Position numbers and translations under genes: made by a program
Notes under the pieces: model-generated
Told to the model about the DNA's origin: nothing
Seen by the model: only the letters and a program-made list of their open reading frames with translations
The model's database searches: none
From: the human T2T-CHM13v2.0 reference genome, Homo sapiens
Assembly: GCF_009914755.1 (NCBI RefSeq)
Contig: NC_060925.1
Reading direction: 5' to 3' (one strand)
Length of the DNA stretch: 64,000 nucleotides
Shown here: piece after piece, positions 1-18,183 of the stretch
How the letters are laid out: the number at the start of each line of letters is the position of its first letter
Position numbering within the stretch: position 1 is the stretch's first letter

Positions 1-1085
<1,085 letters not shown>

Positions 1086-1477
1086 TATGACCTTATGGTT
1101 ACTCTAAACTGGCCAAACAAGATATATCACTTATGCATCTTTTTTGGTGCCCCTACCCCCCACCCCCACCCCCATGCCTAGAAGGGAGTTCAGGATAAAA
1201 CGAATGCTCAACACACAATCAAGGAAAGTTCTAAAAAAGGAACCAATTGCTTTGGCTGTTTATAGACAATGCAATGAGGTATTCAGATAGCTTCTATTAG
1301 GTGTGTGTTTAGTTTCCTACAGATAACTCCTTATAGAGTGAGGGATTTTTCTTCTGGTTTTGAGTAAAGTAACTTTCTTTGGCACTCAATCACATGTATG
1401 TGTGGACATGTGTACATATCTGCAGTACGACTGAAGGTCTTTGATTGTTCACCTGCAGCAGAAACTGTCTAAATTGA

Positions 1478-1786
<309 letters not shown>

Positions 1787-1949
1787 AATAATTTTTAAAA
1801 ATGTATCTTACCACGTAAATGTATTGTGAAACCATACTGAAAACTAAATCACAAGTACTTGTAGTATCATTGCTCAGTTGATGATTTTCAATATCATTTT
1901 CTCTCAGAGAGAAAGGACTGCATATTTATTCTCTGTTGCATATTATTAT

Positions 1950-2048
1950 TGTAGTGACGATGTCTTGCTAACTCTAACTCCTGGGTTCAAGCAGTCCTCC
2001 TGCCTTAGCCTACCAAAGTTCTAGGATTAGAGGCCACTGGCCTGGCCC
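1950..2048 (-). mobile_element. Alu monomer fragment (FLAM-like)
   Basis: Partial antisense left arm. Confidence 0.65.
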
Positions 2049-3208
2049 ATATTGTATACTTTTAATTTCCAAGATTATTCCTAAACTAAAGCATTTATAA
2101 TATTTTTTTCTCCACTAATGCTTTTAAAATTTTTGAAAAATAAAAAGGTTTTATAACTGTGCATCCAAAATTCATTTTGGGCTAATGTGGAAAATTTTTT
2201 TTCCTTAAGCATACATACATCATTAAAATGAAATTTTTTTCAATACTTAAATGTGACTTCAAATAATAGAGTTTTTAAGACACTGGTTTAATTAAAATAA
2301 AGCAGATGACAGACAAAGATGTGTTATTGAATTCTAGCTATGAAAATGTGATGTCTAAACTCCAGACGAGAATGGAGCAAAAGGGGATGTGTAGATGTGA
2401 ATATTTACATGTTGAAGCTATATTTTCCAAGAATGTTTTGCTTTAGATTAAGTAAAAACTACCAGAAAATCATGGATCTTTTGGAAAATGAAAATAATTG
2501 AGTTTCAAAAGCCAGAAGTTTCAACAACTTCCAGATTAAGAAGTGGAATCCCACTTAATTTGAAAAGATGATTGGAAAAGTTTTATTCTAGTGTACAACT
2601 AGCATAAAAGGAAACTTCTGAACTACCTAGAAGTCTTGATTCTCTACTTTCAAGTTGAGGCCACATTCCTGTGCTCTCGTCTTAAACATCTGGTTTAAGT
2701 TCTTGCCATATGCGATAAATCAATGCATAACAGATAATAAATTTGGAAGGTTGTATTCCTATAGGCTTTGGCTTCTATTCACTTAGCCTCTGCAAATTTG
2801 ATGATTTCTCCATCTTAGTTTATCTGTGGATAACTACCAAGAGAGGGCCCCAAACACAGATTGTCCTTTGGAATGAAGAGCTTATCTCCAAAGGCAATCA
2901 ATCAGCAGGAAACTTGAAAAGACCAATCTCTGCTACCGTGTCTTTATGAGCTCTGGGAAACTGACCCCACCATTTCATGGAGCTAGGCTCCTTGCCCTAT
3001 AGTCCTTTTTACCCAAATATGTTTAGTAATAGAGGTTTTTTATTGGAGTATAATAGGAATATTCACTATGTGGTTTATTCAGAAATTTATTCTTTTATTT
3101 TAGTACAAATATTCCAAAAAAAAACCCCAAAAAACCTGAGCAGTATTTTATTAGTTAAAGCAGAGCCATCAGTTACGAAAAGGCAGTTTAGAATAGTGGT
3201 TAAGGGTG

Positions 3209-3565
<357 letters not shown>

Positions 3566-4189
3566 TTAAGTATTAAGATGCTTTAAACCTTTATTTTCTA
3601 ATGCATAAAGTGGTAATACTGAAGGTAATTTCCTCATAGGATTGTGAAGATTCAGGGAAATGACACTTACAAAATACTTAGCACTGTACCTGACACAGAG
3701 TTTATGAGGTTGTTTGCTATTAGCACAGTTGTGAATTTGCCTATAACTCTTCTAATTTCCAGGATTAAAACTAATGTTGCTGTGACTAGAGCCCTATGAG
3801 AGATGCTATTCCATAGTGTGTAATTAATAATGAGCTGTAAGGGGCAGTTATTCCTATTGCCTTTACTCGTATTGGCCTCATAACATTTGTTATGTGCCTC
3901 TTCCCCCCATTAGATGCTGGGTTCTTCAAGGATAAGGTTTATATCTTACATCTCTCTAAATTAGTCTGGTGATTTGTTGACTCTTAATAAGGGAATAATG
4001 TATAAATGAAATGTATGCAAATACACTTAAAACATTAATTTTACATTTGAATTATTTTGTGGTTTTAAGTAATTATAAAGAATATGTTCCTTTAATTCCC
4101 CTGGGACTAGTAAAGCAACATTGATATTACAGCTACAAATAAAAAGACAGTTAACATCATATATTACTCTTTGTTTACATTTCGAAAAG

Positions 4190-4510
4190 GAAGTCTGGTT
4201 TGGGCATTTGATATTTGAGATACCTATCAGACATCTAAAGGAGGGGTGAATAAGTAGAGGAGAGGACTGTAAGTCTGGAGAAACTTCTGGGGTCTTTAAG
4301 TTTGGAGAAAATTGAAAGTTGTCAACACATGGATGGTACTTAGAGCCATGTGACTGAATAGGATTACCCAGAAAGAGAATATAAAGTAAGAGGGGAAAAA
4401 GGTCCTAAGACTAAATCCTGGGACATTCCAAAACTTTAGGGTTTGGGGTGAATGATGAGAAGCCAGAAAAGAGACTGAGCTGGAGTGGGTCAGAGAAATT
4501 AGGAGAACCC
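4190..4510. mobile_element. L2 fragment
   Basis: Degenerate L2-like purine-rich text (tttgagatacctatcagacatctaa...gagaagccagaaaagagactgag). Confidence 0.6.
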
Positions 4511-5799
4511 AGATAAAGTCCAGTCATTATATGTCCAGATCTCACTGTCCCTGGCTCTTTTCATCTCACTCATTGATTCCTCACATCTATCTCAAAGCTT
4601 TTGTTTCCAATTTTCATGAGCTGTTTGCATCTGCATCTCTTAACTGACCCTCTGTTTTTCATGACCCTCACCAATAACTTTGGGTTTTGCATGTGTCTTT
4701 AGAATTGGCCCACTTATAACTTTAGAACCTAGAGTCTAGGTCAGGGGTATCCCTTTGCCAGCCTCAGCTCACATCACCCATACTGCACCTATCCCTTATT
4801 CCCCACTACACTTGCCATCCTCTCCACTGGAGGAGGAGGTATAGCTGTTCTTTATGTTCTTGGCTTCAGACCCCCAATTCAATTTTCAAGTGAGTCTCTT
4901 GTACCCCATTAAACTTATACTGAGCCCTACTTTCCCAACTTCCTGCTTGCCTGTGTATTCGGTTCTTGCTCCAGCTCTGGGCATTTGGCCACTTTGGACA
5001 AATCTCCTGCCCTTTTCAGCCAGTCCTGGGGTCCCTCTATGTCTGCATGACCCTCACCCCACTCTACCCTAACTGCAATGGCCAGTGTTCTTGCTGTGAC
5101 CTCTCGAGCCATTTGCACCAGATTTGGAGGGAGGTCAAGTCTTCTGAAACAAGCCTAATGCATCGTTGAAACTTTTCACCATATGGTGATATCAAAACAT
5201 CTGAAAAATTAAAACCCCCTTGAATAGAGGTGTATAAGATGGGAAATTCAAATAGTAAATTCTCAACCTACCATGTGTAGTTGCTTCCAGCAATCACGTG
5301 TTAAATCAGTAGGAATTTCTTGAGCGAGTGCTAAGGAGACTAATTAGCAAAAAACACCTGATATTTTCCCTAGAGATTGTGGGATATAAATTAGTAGGAG
5401 GAGAATTGAGTCCCAAGATAATTATATAGGTCCTAGAACTCTTTGCTGCTATTTGAGGGATCTATAGTCATTGGTTGGTCTCTGTTTAGCCTAAATTCTT
5501 ACTAAATAGGGTAAGGAATGTTTAAGGGAGTAGAGATTAAGGTCTAATAATAAGCCATTTGAATGCCTGATTTTCAGGGACGCTACACAACTAGACCTGC
5601 AGAAACAAGGAATTTTGAAGTTATAGCTTTTCTGTTTGTTTTGGCTGATGATGCCTGATCTAGAACAGCTGTTTTCTTTACCACCGTCTCGCAGTTAATA
5701 ATAGGTAGATATATGTTAAAATTTTCACTCATTTTTATTAGATCAGTTTGCTTTTTATATGTAATTGTGTCTTTACCAATTTTGTAATAAAACACAATT

Positions 5800-6866
<1,067 letters not shown>

Positions 6867-6991
6867 TTAAATGTACATTTTCTAAATGTTATTGTAATGT
6901 TTAAAGCAGATATTTTTAGTGACTGCTTTTTACAAATTGGAGTTATTATTATTACTCAAAACCATACCAAAAGTATCTTGGGGATAAGATA

Positions 6992-6993
<2 letters not shown>

Positions 6994-7024
<31 letters not shown>
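6994..7024. repeat. (TG)n microsatellite, about 15 units
   Basis: Read directly. Confidence 0.95.
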
Positions 7025-7026
<2 letters not shown>

Positions 7027-7621
7027 ACACATATATGCACACACACAGAAAGGCACATATATACATATATTATGTAAATGTATATTGCATTGTGTCAACT
7101 GCTTGGACCCACATAAAGATGAATAATGACCGGTGTTGAAAGATGAATAACGACATGGTATCCTCATGCTAGGATTAGTGATATACTACTAATGTATGTT
7201 TGCTTGGACTAGTAGTTTGTGGCAGGGCAGGGATGTATTTGCATACTACTAATCCAAGTGAGTGAACAGGGGAAAAAGACAAATGCTAAATGTGGTCTAA
7301 GTATAGAACTAGTCAAATTTCAAGTTCCAATTGGAATATAAGGATTAATGTATAGCATTTTAAACTTTTACTTTTAAATGATAGTGTATTTTGATAGGAT
7401 TCTTTAAAATCAACATCTAAATACAGTTCTACATGTTGATAGTTCACCAAGAAAAAACTTTCCTGTTGGGCATTATTTTCCTTTAGGTAGTTGCAACATT
7501 ATCACGTAACATAACATGGTGACCCAAAATCCTGACCTAAAATCATTCCTCTAGTATTCAATACCAATGATGTCAACCTCATTGCTTCTCAGTTTTTTCC
7601 CACTTCTTTCTGCATTTGTTG

Positions 7622-7696
7622 ATAGAGAAGAAGGTACTTTTTTCTGTGCCATGAATGGCATAGAGAAGAAGGGTTTTTTTCTGTGCCATGAATGGG
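7622..7696. repeat. Tandem duplication, 38/37-bp unit x2
   Basis: atagagaagaagg...ttttctgtgccatgaatgg occurs twice. Confidence 0.9.
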
Positions 7697-9761
7697 AGTA
7701 CCATGAATTATGTTTGTGACACACGCTTGTAATGCAGTTTACATATACTATGTGTCAAACCCCAAGCTAAAGGCTGGGTTGAAGATATGGCCAAATCAAA
7801 TTAAAGGGCCAAGTCAGAAAGTGAATAGGTTGGCAACTAGCTAAGAACTGATCATGTGGAAGAAGAGACAGCTGCACTAAGAACAGGCCCACAGCAGTCT
7901 TTAAAATTTTAGGAAAGGGTCCAACTAGGGCAGCTAATGTGATAACGTCCAAGAACGAAGAATGATAGCTAAGGATGTGTACATGCCAAGAAGTTATGGA
8001 ATTGGAAATCCGCTAACTGAATATAACACTGTTACAGAACAAGGATTAGTTATAGTTACATCAGCGGAGAAGTGTTAGAGAGGGACACAAGGTGGTGCAT
8101 TAGGCCCCCATATACCCCTAACAGGACACTATGACAAGAGGAGACATTTACAGCTAGCTTTACGCCATCTTACTCCTTATGTGTTAGTCTTCATAATACA
8201 TACAGAACGACAGTCAGTTCTGATCTTATAAGCATGACCTATGAAATGTGTTTATTTTTTAAAAAATGATAAAACAAAAATTTTCCATGGAAAGACTAGA
8301 AGTATAGCACACAAAACCTTAATATTATAGGTTGACCACAATGGTTTTTCAAATTCACCTAGATTATAACCTACTTTAGCATGTTTTTTAATATATATTT
8401 AAGTGGTTTGCTTTTGTGGGTTATGAAATGCTAATGTCTCAGCAGATGGATACTGCAAGAGTTTCCAAATCTTGATATAGTCTAAAATAAAATTAAATTA
8501 TCTTATATGGGTGGGATTTGGCAGTTCTTTTAAATTATTTACTAAAAAATATTTCTACGAACTGTATTAGATAGGAGATGTCTTTACCCTCCATTCCCTC
8601 ACCTCACAAAAAATCATTCTGGCACTATGCTTCTCTTAAGAAGGGAAAAACTAAGATGTCCACAAAGGCAGTCTGAGCGAATCGTAACTTGATTTAAATA
8701 TTTTGCACTCTTCATCTGTACTTTCCCATTGGGATCTTCTATCCTTCTTTACTGGAGGAATTTCCACTTCAGTGCTGAGTTTCAATCTGAATCATCTATT
8801 CCTTATTAACTTCCAGAATGATTGTTGATGTTCCTAGATCAATGCCAAAGCACAAACCTCATCTCTCACAGTAACCATTTTGAAAGAAAAAAAAATCTGC
8901 AAAGGTTTATGTGAATGGAATGAACTTTCTTCGTACTAGAAGCCAGTAATTACTGAAAGCCAGTAATTAAATCATACTTTATTTTATATTTGAAAATGGA
9001 TATCACAATAGTATACACTTCCATTATGAACTATAAAGAAACAGCTATCCATGCTGCATCAGAATGAAAACTTTAATTCACCCTTTTGGCTTTTCAAACA
9101 CGTTAGTTCATTATTTTAATAAAATGCACTAACAGATGTTAGGCAGAATGTGGCCACATCTGGGACATATAAAATACCATTCCAAATCTCCATGGGAGGG
9201 AAATAGCAATATTGTTTAGTTTTCCTCAAAAGTCTTTCTAACTAGCCCATCTCATTTAACCTGTTTAACTCCTTTAAGTTGGACAGTTAGCAAATAAAAT
9301 ATCACCTATTATTTTGGTTGTTTGGGGAATAGAAAAAGGAATTAAAGTGCCAAGGGAAGTATCACAAATAGAAATGCACTGTGCTGAAATACAAATAAAA
9401 CTTCACTAGAGCTTGTGGCTAGAGCTATATTTTTTCAGCTGAAAAGGTCGTAAATCTCAAGTTGCCTGCTTCCTGGAGCCACCCTGAATTATAGGTCTCT
9501 CTAGGCCTTTCTACAATGTCCCCACTTAACTTGGCTCTTTCAAAGAAAGCACAACACATCTAAAAGATGGCAAATAAAGATTTTGGTAGAGGATATATTT
9601 CAACAATAGTATCTATACATAGTGGTTAAATCCCAAGCTCCTCCAGTCTTCTAGCTTACCTTTTACTTTTATTTTTGCTTTTTCTCTAAAAGTAAGTTTT
9701 CTAAGAAGATAAAACCATCACCTGCTAGTTTCCTATTAATGTATCAGCTTCTTGAAAATCA

Positions 9762-10166
<405 letters not shown>

Positions 10167-10734
10167 TCATATACCACTTACTAGAAAGAAGAAAGATACT
10201 GCAGTTGTGTATGCAGCACAGAGTGGCAAGGCAGATGTGGCAGAATGGAATATATCTGGCACTTGGAGTCAAATGACCAAGGTCTGAGCCTCAGCTCTGC
10301 CACTTACTAACTCAATGTTTGGGAGAGTTATTGAGCTGCAGAAGTCACATTCCTGTCCTCCATAAAGTAGGAATAATACCTTGGAAAACTGTTCTGAAAA
10401 TTCATGAAATAACAGATCTAAAGTTTCTTTATAAACTGTGATGCATACATAGCTTAGCATTAACAGGTGATTGGTGGCCTGCAGTCTTCATCTCAGATGA
10501 GCTGATAACCATTAAATACTTCAAGCATGACTGAAAATAAATGTATATGGTAGAGATAGAATAGGCAAGTGTGAATTTCCATTTAAGACACACTGCCTAA
10601 GCAGAGAAAGCCTCTGGAGAGACTAAACAAACTCTTGACAGAAACGTCCTCTGTTAAGTAATGAAAGTGAAGCAAACCAAGCTCATATGTGCTATTCTAT
10701 TTCATATACACACTGGAGTCAAAGAATCCCATTC

Positions 10735-10930
10735 TTTCATTCTCTTAACACCTATTTATTGAGCATCTACTAAGTGCCAGCACTGTGCTAGTCTCTAGGT
10801 ATCTGCTGGTGAACAAGATTTTTGCTTTCAAGGAACTCATATCCTAGTTATATTAATGTTTTTATTCCAAGTACTTAACAAAGTGCTTGGCACATACTAG
10901 ATGCTCAATAAAAGCTGGTTGAACTAAACT
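10735..10930. mobile_element. L2 3'-end fragments
   Basis: tatttattgagcatctact..gtgccagcactgtgcta and gtgcttggcacata...ctcaataaa. Confidence 0.65.
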
Positions 10931-10938
10931 AGTTTTAA

Positions 10939-11337
<399 letters not shown>

Positions 11338-11812
11338 TAGTTAACCTGATACTACTTCTGAAGTGTTAAAGGAAGACAATTTTTTTTTAACTAGAATTCA
11401 TCTAGTCATCACCCATAATATACTTCTATTATGTAGTGTTAATTTAATGTTCCTCTACTTAAAATACAAATATCACTTCCAATTAGCACATTTAACATGC
11501 AGATAGAGTGTTACTAGAAAATGTTTTTTAGAACGATATCTGTTATGTCAGGTCAAAACATTAGCAAAAATAATGTGGTCTGGATATGTGAATCACTACT
11601 GATATATTTACTATGGAGTTTACATCGATATAATATACGATTAAAACAACAGGGAAGAAAATGGAAAGTCCACTCTATTTACATGGCAGTCAACTCTTAA
11701 TAAGTAAGAGAGTTTACTTTTGAACGCATAACTTTCTTGGGGTCACTCAAGAGAACCAGTGTTACAGAATAAAACCTCTTAGAATTTTCCCATGGCATCT
11801 AGGAACCTAGTG

Positions 11813-12225
11813 GTGAGGTCAGGGTGGCTGACGTTAGCATTGTTCACCAATGTCCCCACTTCTCTTTCTGAACTCAGTTCAAGGACTCAGTCCCTTTGCA
11901 GATGTGTGGGGCTGTACAACCAGTTCTGGGCAATGAAATGTGATCAGTGCTCTCTTTTCCAAGCTAAGGCTACGAAAAATTCACGGGGATTCTTTAGCCA
12001 TTTTCTTCCTCTGCTGCAGAGAATAAGTTTCTGTGTTCCAGGGTGGTACAGCTACAAGATGGTGGTGTCTCTATCAATCTGGTTCCTGGAGTGACCAGAA
12101 CAGAGTGAGTTGGATCCACATGAAGCATGAAGCATAACCAAACAATAACTTTTGTTGTGTTAAGGCATGTAGATTTTGGAGATGTTTGTTACTATACCAT
12201 AACATAACCTTTCCTGATTAATATA
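11813..12225 (+). mobile_element. MaLR LTR (MLT1J-like)
   Basis: MLT1-like 3' end: ttttgttgtgttaagg...gagatgtttgttact...cctgattaatata. Confidence 0.6.
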
Positions 12226-12578
12226 GTCAGAGAAGATCCAGTGCCAAGTTTCTGAGTAAGAGATAAAATAGATAAAATGAGTTCCATTAATTTGTCAGTA
12301 GTGTTTTTCATATTAAGGATGTTAGCCTGAGGTCTAGCTTTTTAATCACATTTAATCCAGATATCCCATAAGTTTTCCGTTTTTCCACTAATTCTCCTGT
12401 GAGTCTTTTTTAAGCACTATATTTAACTTTCATCCATAAAGTTCCTGCGCTTTCTACAAATCATCACTTTTCTCAACATCAATTGAATTGCTTAATCTAA
12501 CCACACATCATGATTTTCAAAGGCATTTTAATTAGAGCAAAAGTTCTAAATTATGAACACCTGTCTTCCTTTAATTGA

Positions 12579-13006
<428 letters not shown>

Positions 13007-14439
13007 TTTTTTTCTCCCCCCACATTGGAGGAAGAGTTTAACCTTGAAGGGCTTGTAGAGTCAGATAACTGTCACTTGTTATTTAAAGTTATAGATAGTA
13101 GGCAAAAGCTTTCAAGCCACTGAAAAAGAATAATGCTTGTTTTCTTTGATGGATTGTTAGGTAGCATATATAATGTGCTGTATTTAACACCTGTCCTTTT
13201 TCTTTCCACCCATCCAAGGCGTCAAAGGCCATCTTAAATCCCGGCTCCTCAGGAAATCATCCCCAAACACACCAGCTGGAATTGATATTTTTCTTTTCCA
13301 AATTCCTATGTAAATTCATGTCATTTATTTGGAATTGCTTATAGAGAGTTTCAGAGCGTTAAAGAACTGGAAAGGACCTAGGATTCAATACAATTCTCTC
13401 ATCTCGCAGACGAAGAAAATGAAGTGCAGAGGAGCTACGCAATCTACGTAAGTCACATAGACACACATTGGAGGCTATGAACCTAGTTTGCCCAATTCCC
13501 ACTGCAGTCCATTGGTTTATGCCTCTATGCCTTCAGATTTACGGTCTGGTATTGCTGGTTATCTTCTCAAGAGAACATGACATCTCAACAATAGTACATA
13601 TAGAGATCAGGGAACTTTCAATTCTTCGTTACTTCTTCAGCTCATAATTTATATGCATTAAATGTCGGATAATTTACTGGAGACTAACTGGCTGTGTTTT
13701 AGGTAATGATTACATCTATTAATCTATTACTTCGTAAATCCTCAAGTTCAGAAGGTAACACTGGAAGGGGCCAAGGAGGTAGGAATAAAGCAGCAGCAAG
13801 GTAAATAGTAAGAGCTGATGACCACAATCAGAATGTTAAGCTAAGTTTAGAGTGGAAGGTCATTTTCCCAGGAGCAATTACACTTGCAGTTTTATCCTGC
13901 AAGGATGAAAAGTGTATGTTTGTTGTACGAGAGCGGAAGGGTGCCGAAGTTCATGTGAAGTTCTGCAAACCAAAGCCTGATGAGGATTTCCGCCGGGTGG
14001 GACAGGTTTAAGAGGACGAACTCATGAGAAAGAAGTCTGAGCCCAAACCCCAGAAGCCGGCCAGGAAGGTGTAAAGGGTGGGCCGAAGCCAGGGCAGAAG
14101 AACCCAAGCAGAAGGTTGAGCACGAGGTGGCTGCGCCGTCATCCGGGCGTTGCCCGGGGGCTACGTCGGACCGCGGTGGGCGCCGGGGGGGCGTGGCCGG
14201 CCAGCCCAGGGCGGGGCGGTGGCGCGGGTTCTCCAGGCCAACACGCGGCGGCGCACCCTCCCCTCGCGCCGCGGGCCTCCCCGCGCCGTGCACGTCCTCG
14301 TCCCGCGCCTCCGCCCCTCGCTCGCTCGCTCCTTCCCGCCCTCCCCGCAGCGCCGGCCGAGCCGGCTTCCCCTCAGTCTCTCATGAATATTGAGCGGCCC
14401 CTGTTGTATTTCCCGAGCTCCATTGCGGAAGCTGAGGCT

Positions 14440-14448
14440 CGCCATATT
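14440..14448 (+). promoter_or_regulatory. YY1-type motif overlapping an Inr-like element
   Basis: CGCCATATT matches the YY1 core CGCCATNTT, and CCATATT matches Inr YYANWYY. Confidence 0.55.
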
Positions 14449-14535
14449 GTGCGGCGGCGCCGGCGTCCGCGGCAGCTGATACCAGAGTCTTGCTCCGGCC
14501 GCGGCCAGCGGAGCCCTGGGCTGGGGCAGGAGCCG
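14444..14535 (+). other. RNF2: RNF2 non-coding exon 1 (5' UTR); 5' end uncertain
   Basis: Lies in the CpG island and ends at a strong donor CCG|GTGAGT (14535/14536). Joining to exon 2 gives GAGCCG-CAATG. Start inferred from Inr-like CCATATT at 14442-14448. Confidence 0.8.
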
Positions 14536-17500
14536 GTGAGTGGGGCGGGCGGGGAGGCGAAGGACGCGGAAGCAGCGGGCCGGGACACGCGTCTACTCGG
14601 CAGCGTTGCAGGCGACTGACGGGGGCCCCGGAGTGTGGGGGGGGTGTGTGTCCGCGGGGGTGTGAAGGGACATGGCGCCGCCGCCGCCCCCGGCCGCTCT
14701 CGCGGCGGAGACGGCGGGTGAAGCGGGTTCTCATTGTTCCCGTGTCTTCGAGGGTCGTGGGAGGGAAGGGAGCTGGTTTGCGGAGGACCCAGTCAGCGAA
14801 GCGCCGGGATTCCTTCCTTCGCCGCGAGCCTTTCGCTGCCCTTTCCTCTGCGCGGAGGCCGGCGCTGCGGCGCGGTCCCCTCGCCTCCGGGGGCGGGGGC
14901 CCCAGCCTCTCTGCAGCCCTACTCCGGAGGCGGACGGAGTGGAATGCGAGTTTTTTCTCTGGGCTTTCGCCTCGCAGCTAGGGATGTGTGTCTGCATCGT
15001 GGGGGTGGGGTAGGGGGCACTTTGTGCAGATATCGCTCCTTCCTTCTGGGGGGTCGGAGTCGGGGTTCCAGTGTAGAGGAGCTCCTCGACCTCGGGGTTC
15101 CTCGGGGAGACCCCTTCAGCTTCACACATTCCTGGAGTGCCGCCTCCTGCTCTGGAGTATCTGTTGCTGCTTTCTAAAACCGTGAGCTTACCCAGGAGGA
15201 GTCGTGGGGGGAGGGGGTGTCTTGGTTAGTTTCTGCGGGAAGATTCGCGTTTTGAACCGTGTCGTTTACGCTGAGATGCTAGTACCCACTTTTGCCGGGA
15301 GCCCACGTCCTGCTGGTCAGAATCGTTTACCTTCTACAGAAGTCTCCTTCTTGCTTTCAGAGATGGTGTTAGTAAAAATTGATCTCAAACTTTGAGGTTC
15401 ATTCCAGTTATTTGCCCGCTAAGATCAATTATAGACTCATCTATTTGAAGCCCCTTTGGGTATCTTTTTCGAGGCTGTCGGAAGTTTTAGAGAATGTAAC
15501 TTTACATTGTAAAATGATTTGAAGATGTCAGGTTTCTTTGAAGTGCCGTGAAAAGGATATACATATGCACTCAGTATTTTAGTAATACGCTGTTTTTCAA
15601 TTAAAAAAATTAAGGCATGGTTTCAGTGTTCTAAACCGAGGATATGTTTAAAACGAATGTACGAGCGATTTGCATTACATAATCTACTTTTGGTAATTCC
15701 AAGATGATCAGCTGGAATACTTAGTCTAATTGGTAGCTAATCTATCTGTTTTGTATTAAGTGCAGTTGTTGAATATTCTAATAACTGAGGTGGGTGTGAG
15801 AGTTTGCTTCTTATAGTGAAATTTGATCCTTGGATTTATAAAGTATTTAAATAGCAGCAATATGACTCTTGGTTATTCCCTTTTTCCCCTGAAATTTCTA
15901 CTTTTCACAATCAACAAGTATCTTTAAAAATCTTGATTGTACTCTTAAACTACTTTTTAGCAAAATAATAGGTAGTTATAGGTGACTCCTTTTTCTAGGG
16001 GTAGCACAGCAAATATGGTCCCTCACTTTTTGTAAGGATTGTAGTTATTTTCCTCAGGTATCCTTGTGGCATCCACATTTGAGGTTAATTATAGTAGAGG
16101 CAGATTTACGAAGAAAAATTGCCCGAGTCAGGCCAATCCGTTTGAGTATTTGAAAAATAAGCTAGTTGTCCTAAAGTGTGTTGCATAGAAAAATTTCCAG
16201 TTACAATCACTAACATAATGTAGACCATGCAGACTTTCAAAATACTGGGAATTTGGAGTTTTTCTCTGCCTGTGTGAAGCTCCCAGGTTTGAATGGATAG
16301 AAATATAGACCAGGTCAGCAAACATGTTTGGAATTTTATTAGTGACCTACAGTTTGTGGTGTCACGTCTGTGTCTCTAATCTGATTTATTCATGATTTGT
16401 GTTTATATTATGCAGACTTTGGAGTAAAGGTGATATATATGCCTAATGAATAATATATAACCAGATGTTTCAGTGACAGTTTCATTTCTATACATTAGCA
16501 AAGAAGCATAATTTCTTCCAGCAAGAGAAATGAGTTAATATTAAAACGCACTTTATTAAAATTATGGCAGTGTTTCTAGTATGACTTAAAGCGCTTCATA
16601 ATTTTGAAATGACTCATTAAATTCTGGATAAACTAAAAATCCATCACAGTTTGCAGCTTTTAAAAGAAAAATAAGAGATTATGTACTCTGCGCACGTACA
16701 CATCTACAATTGGTTTTTAATTCGTGTTATTGCACACACTGTAGAAGACATTGTCATCAGACAATGGTTAATTTCTCGATTGATTCATTTATTTGACATC
16801 TAAGCTGTCATAGTAACTTAGTGTTTATTTGCATTTAATACTGAGTAGGTGCCCATATAATTTGGGGTACAAAGGTATAATAGCATTTACACAGTCCATT
16901 CCTTAAGGGTCCAGATATCCTGACTGTTTGCCTACTGGTCTTCTAGAACCCTTTCTACCTAATGTGTCTACTGGGTCTTCTGGTATTTCTTGGGGGAAGC
17001 GCAGTTTGATTGGTCTTACATAAATATTTTGACTGTGGTCATGGGACTCTTGGCATTTAAGTAGAAGCTAGTGTTAGTGTGTTGCCAGGCAGGAGCTAGG
17101 TGATGAGTCCCTGACTATAGGTGCTAAGAGCGTAGGTGTGACCCATTATCCAGTTTTATGTTGTGTGGAGCAACTCCGGTAGAATTGGCCATGTTCTTAA
17201 TTCTCCTTTGCTTTACGGTTTTTAGACAGCTGAGGCAGAGTGGTATGATTAGGCTTAGTTATGTATCTTGTTGGATGCTCAAGGAGCTATATACATTACT
17301 AAAAATTCTAAGATTTCTATTGCTTAAATTTACTTCTCCCATTTCATTTTGAGAATTAACATGTTTGCCATTTATCATAATTTTTAAAAATCAGTTTATC
17401 TGTATTAAGTACAATGGTGAAAAGTTATTTTTGAAATTAACCTTGGGTTAAATTTTCTAATGAGAGCATACTATTAAGTGAAGTAACCAGCCAAATGAAA

Positions 17501-17784
17501 AACATGTAAGCATTTTGGTCATTTGTTTTCAAAAGATATGTTACTTACGGGCTCTTCTGCAAGGGGGATTTCTTTTTGTTTCTATGCTATAGAGTGGAGT
17601 TGTATGAAGAGGTTAGATTCTAAAGTCGATGCATAGAATGAAAATCACATGTAGTAAAAAAAAAAATCATGCTTGAAAATCCCTCAGGAAGGCAGAACAA
17701 CATACCAATAAGTTCAGCTAAGCTTTGGTGTTGGAACACATTGCAGTTTCTTGGTGTTTCTTTGAGCACTGCGTGAAGTAGTTA

Positions 17785-18183
<399 letters not shown>

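Larger units (their letters stand above)
14100..15330. promoter_or_regulatory. RNF2: CpG island / RNF2 promoter
   Basis: Very high GC and CpG density. GC boxes (GGGCGTGGC ~14189, GGGGCGGGGC ~14208), E2F-like TTCCCGCC ~14333, no TATA box; spans exon 1. Confidence 0.95.

Noticed and set aside
5176-5189. 14-bp palindrome TCACCATATGGTGA containing a CATATG E-box
   Set aside because: A few palindromes of this length are expected by chance in 64 kb; no supporting context.
13892-15185. Many overlapping 65-167 aa ORFs on both strands in the CpG island
   Set aside because: Expected from stop-codon scarcity in GC-rich DNA; low-complexity R/P/G/A content with no domain. Only the spliced uORF from 14383 was kept.
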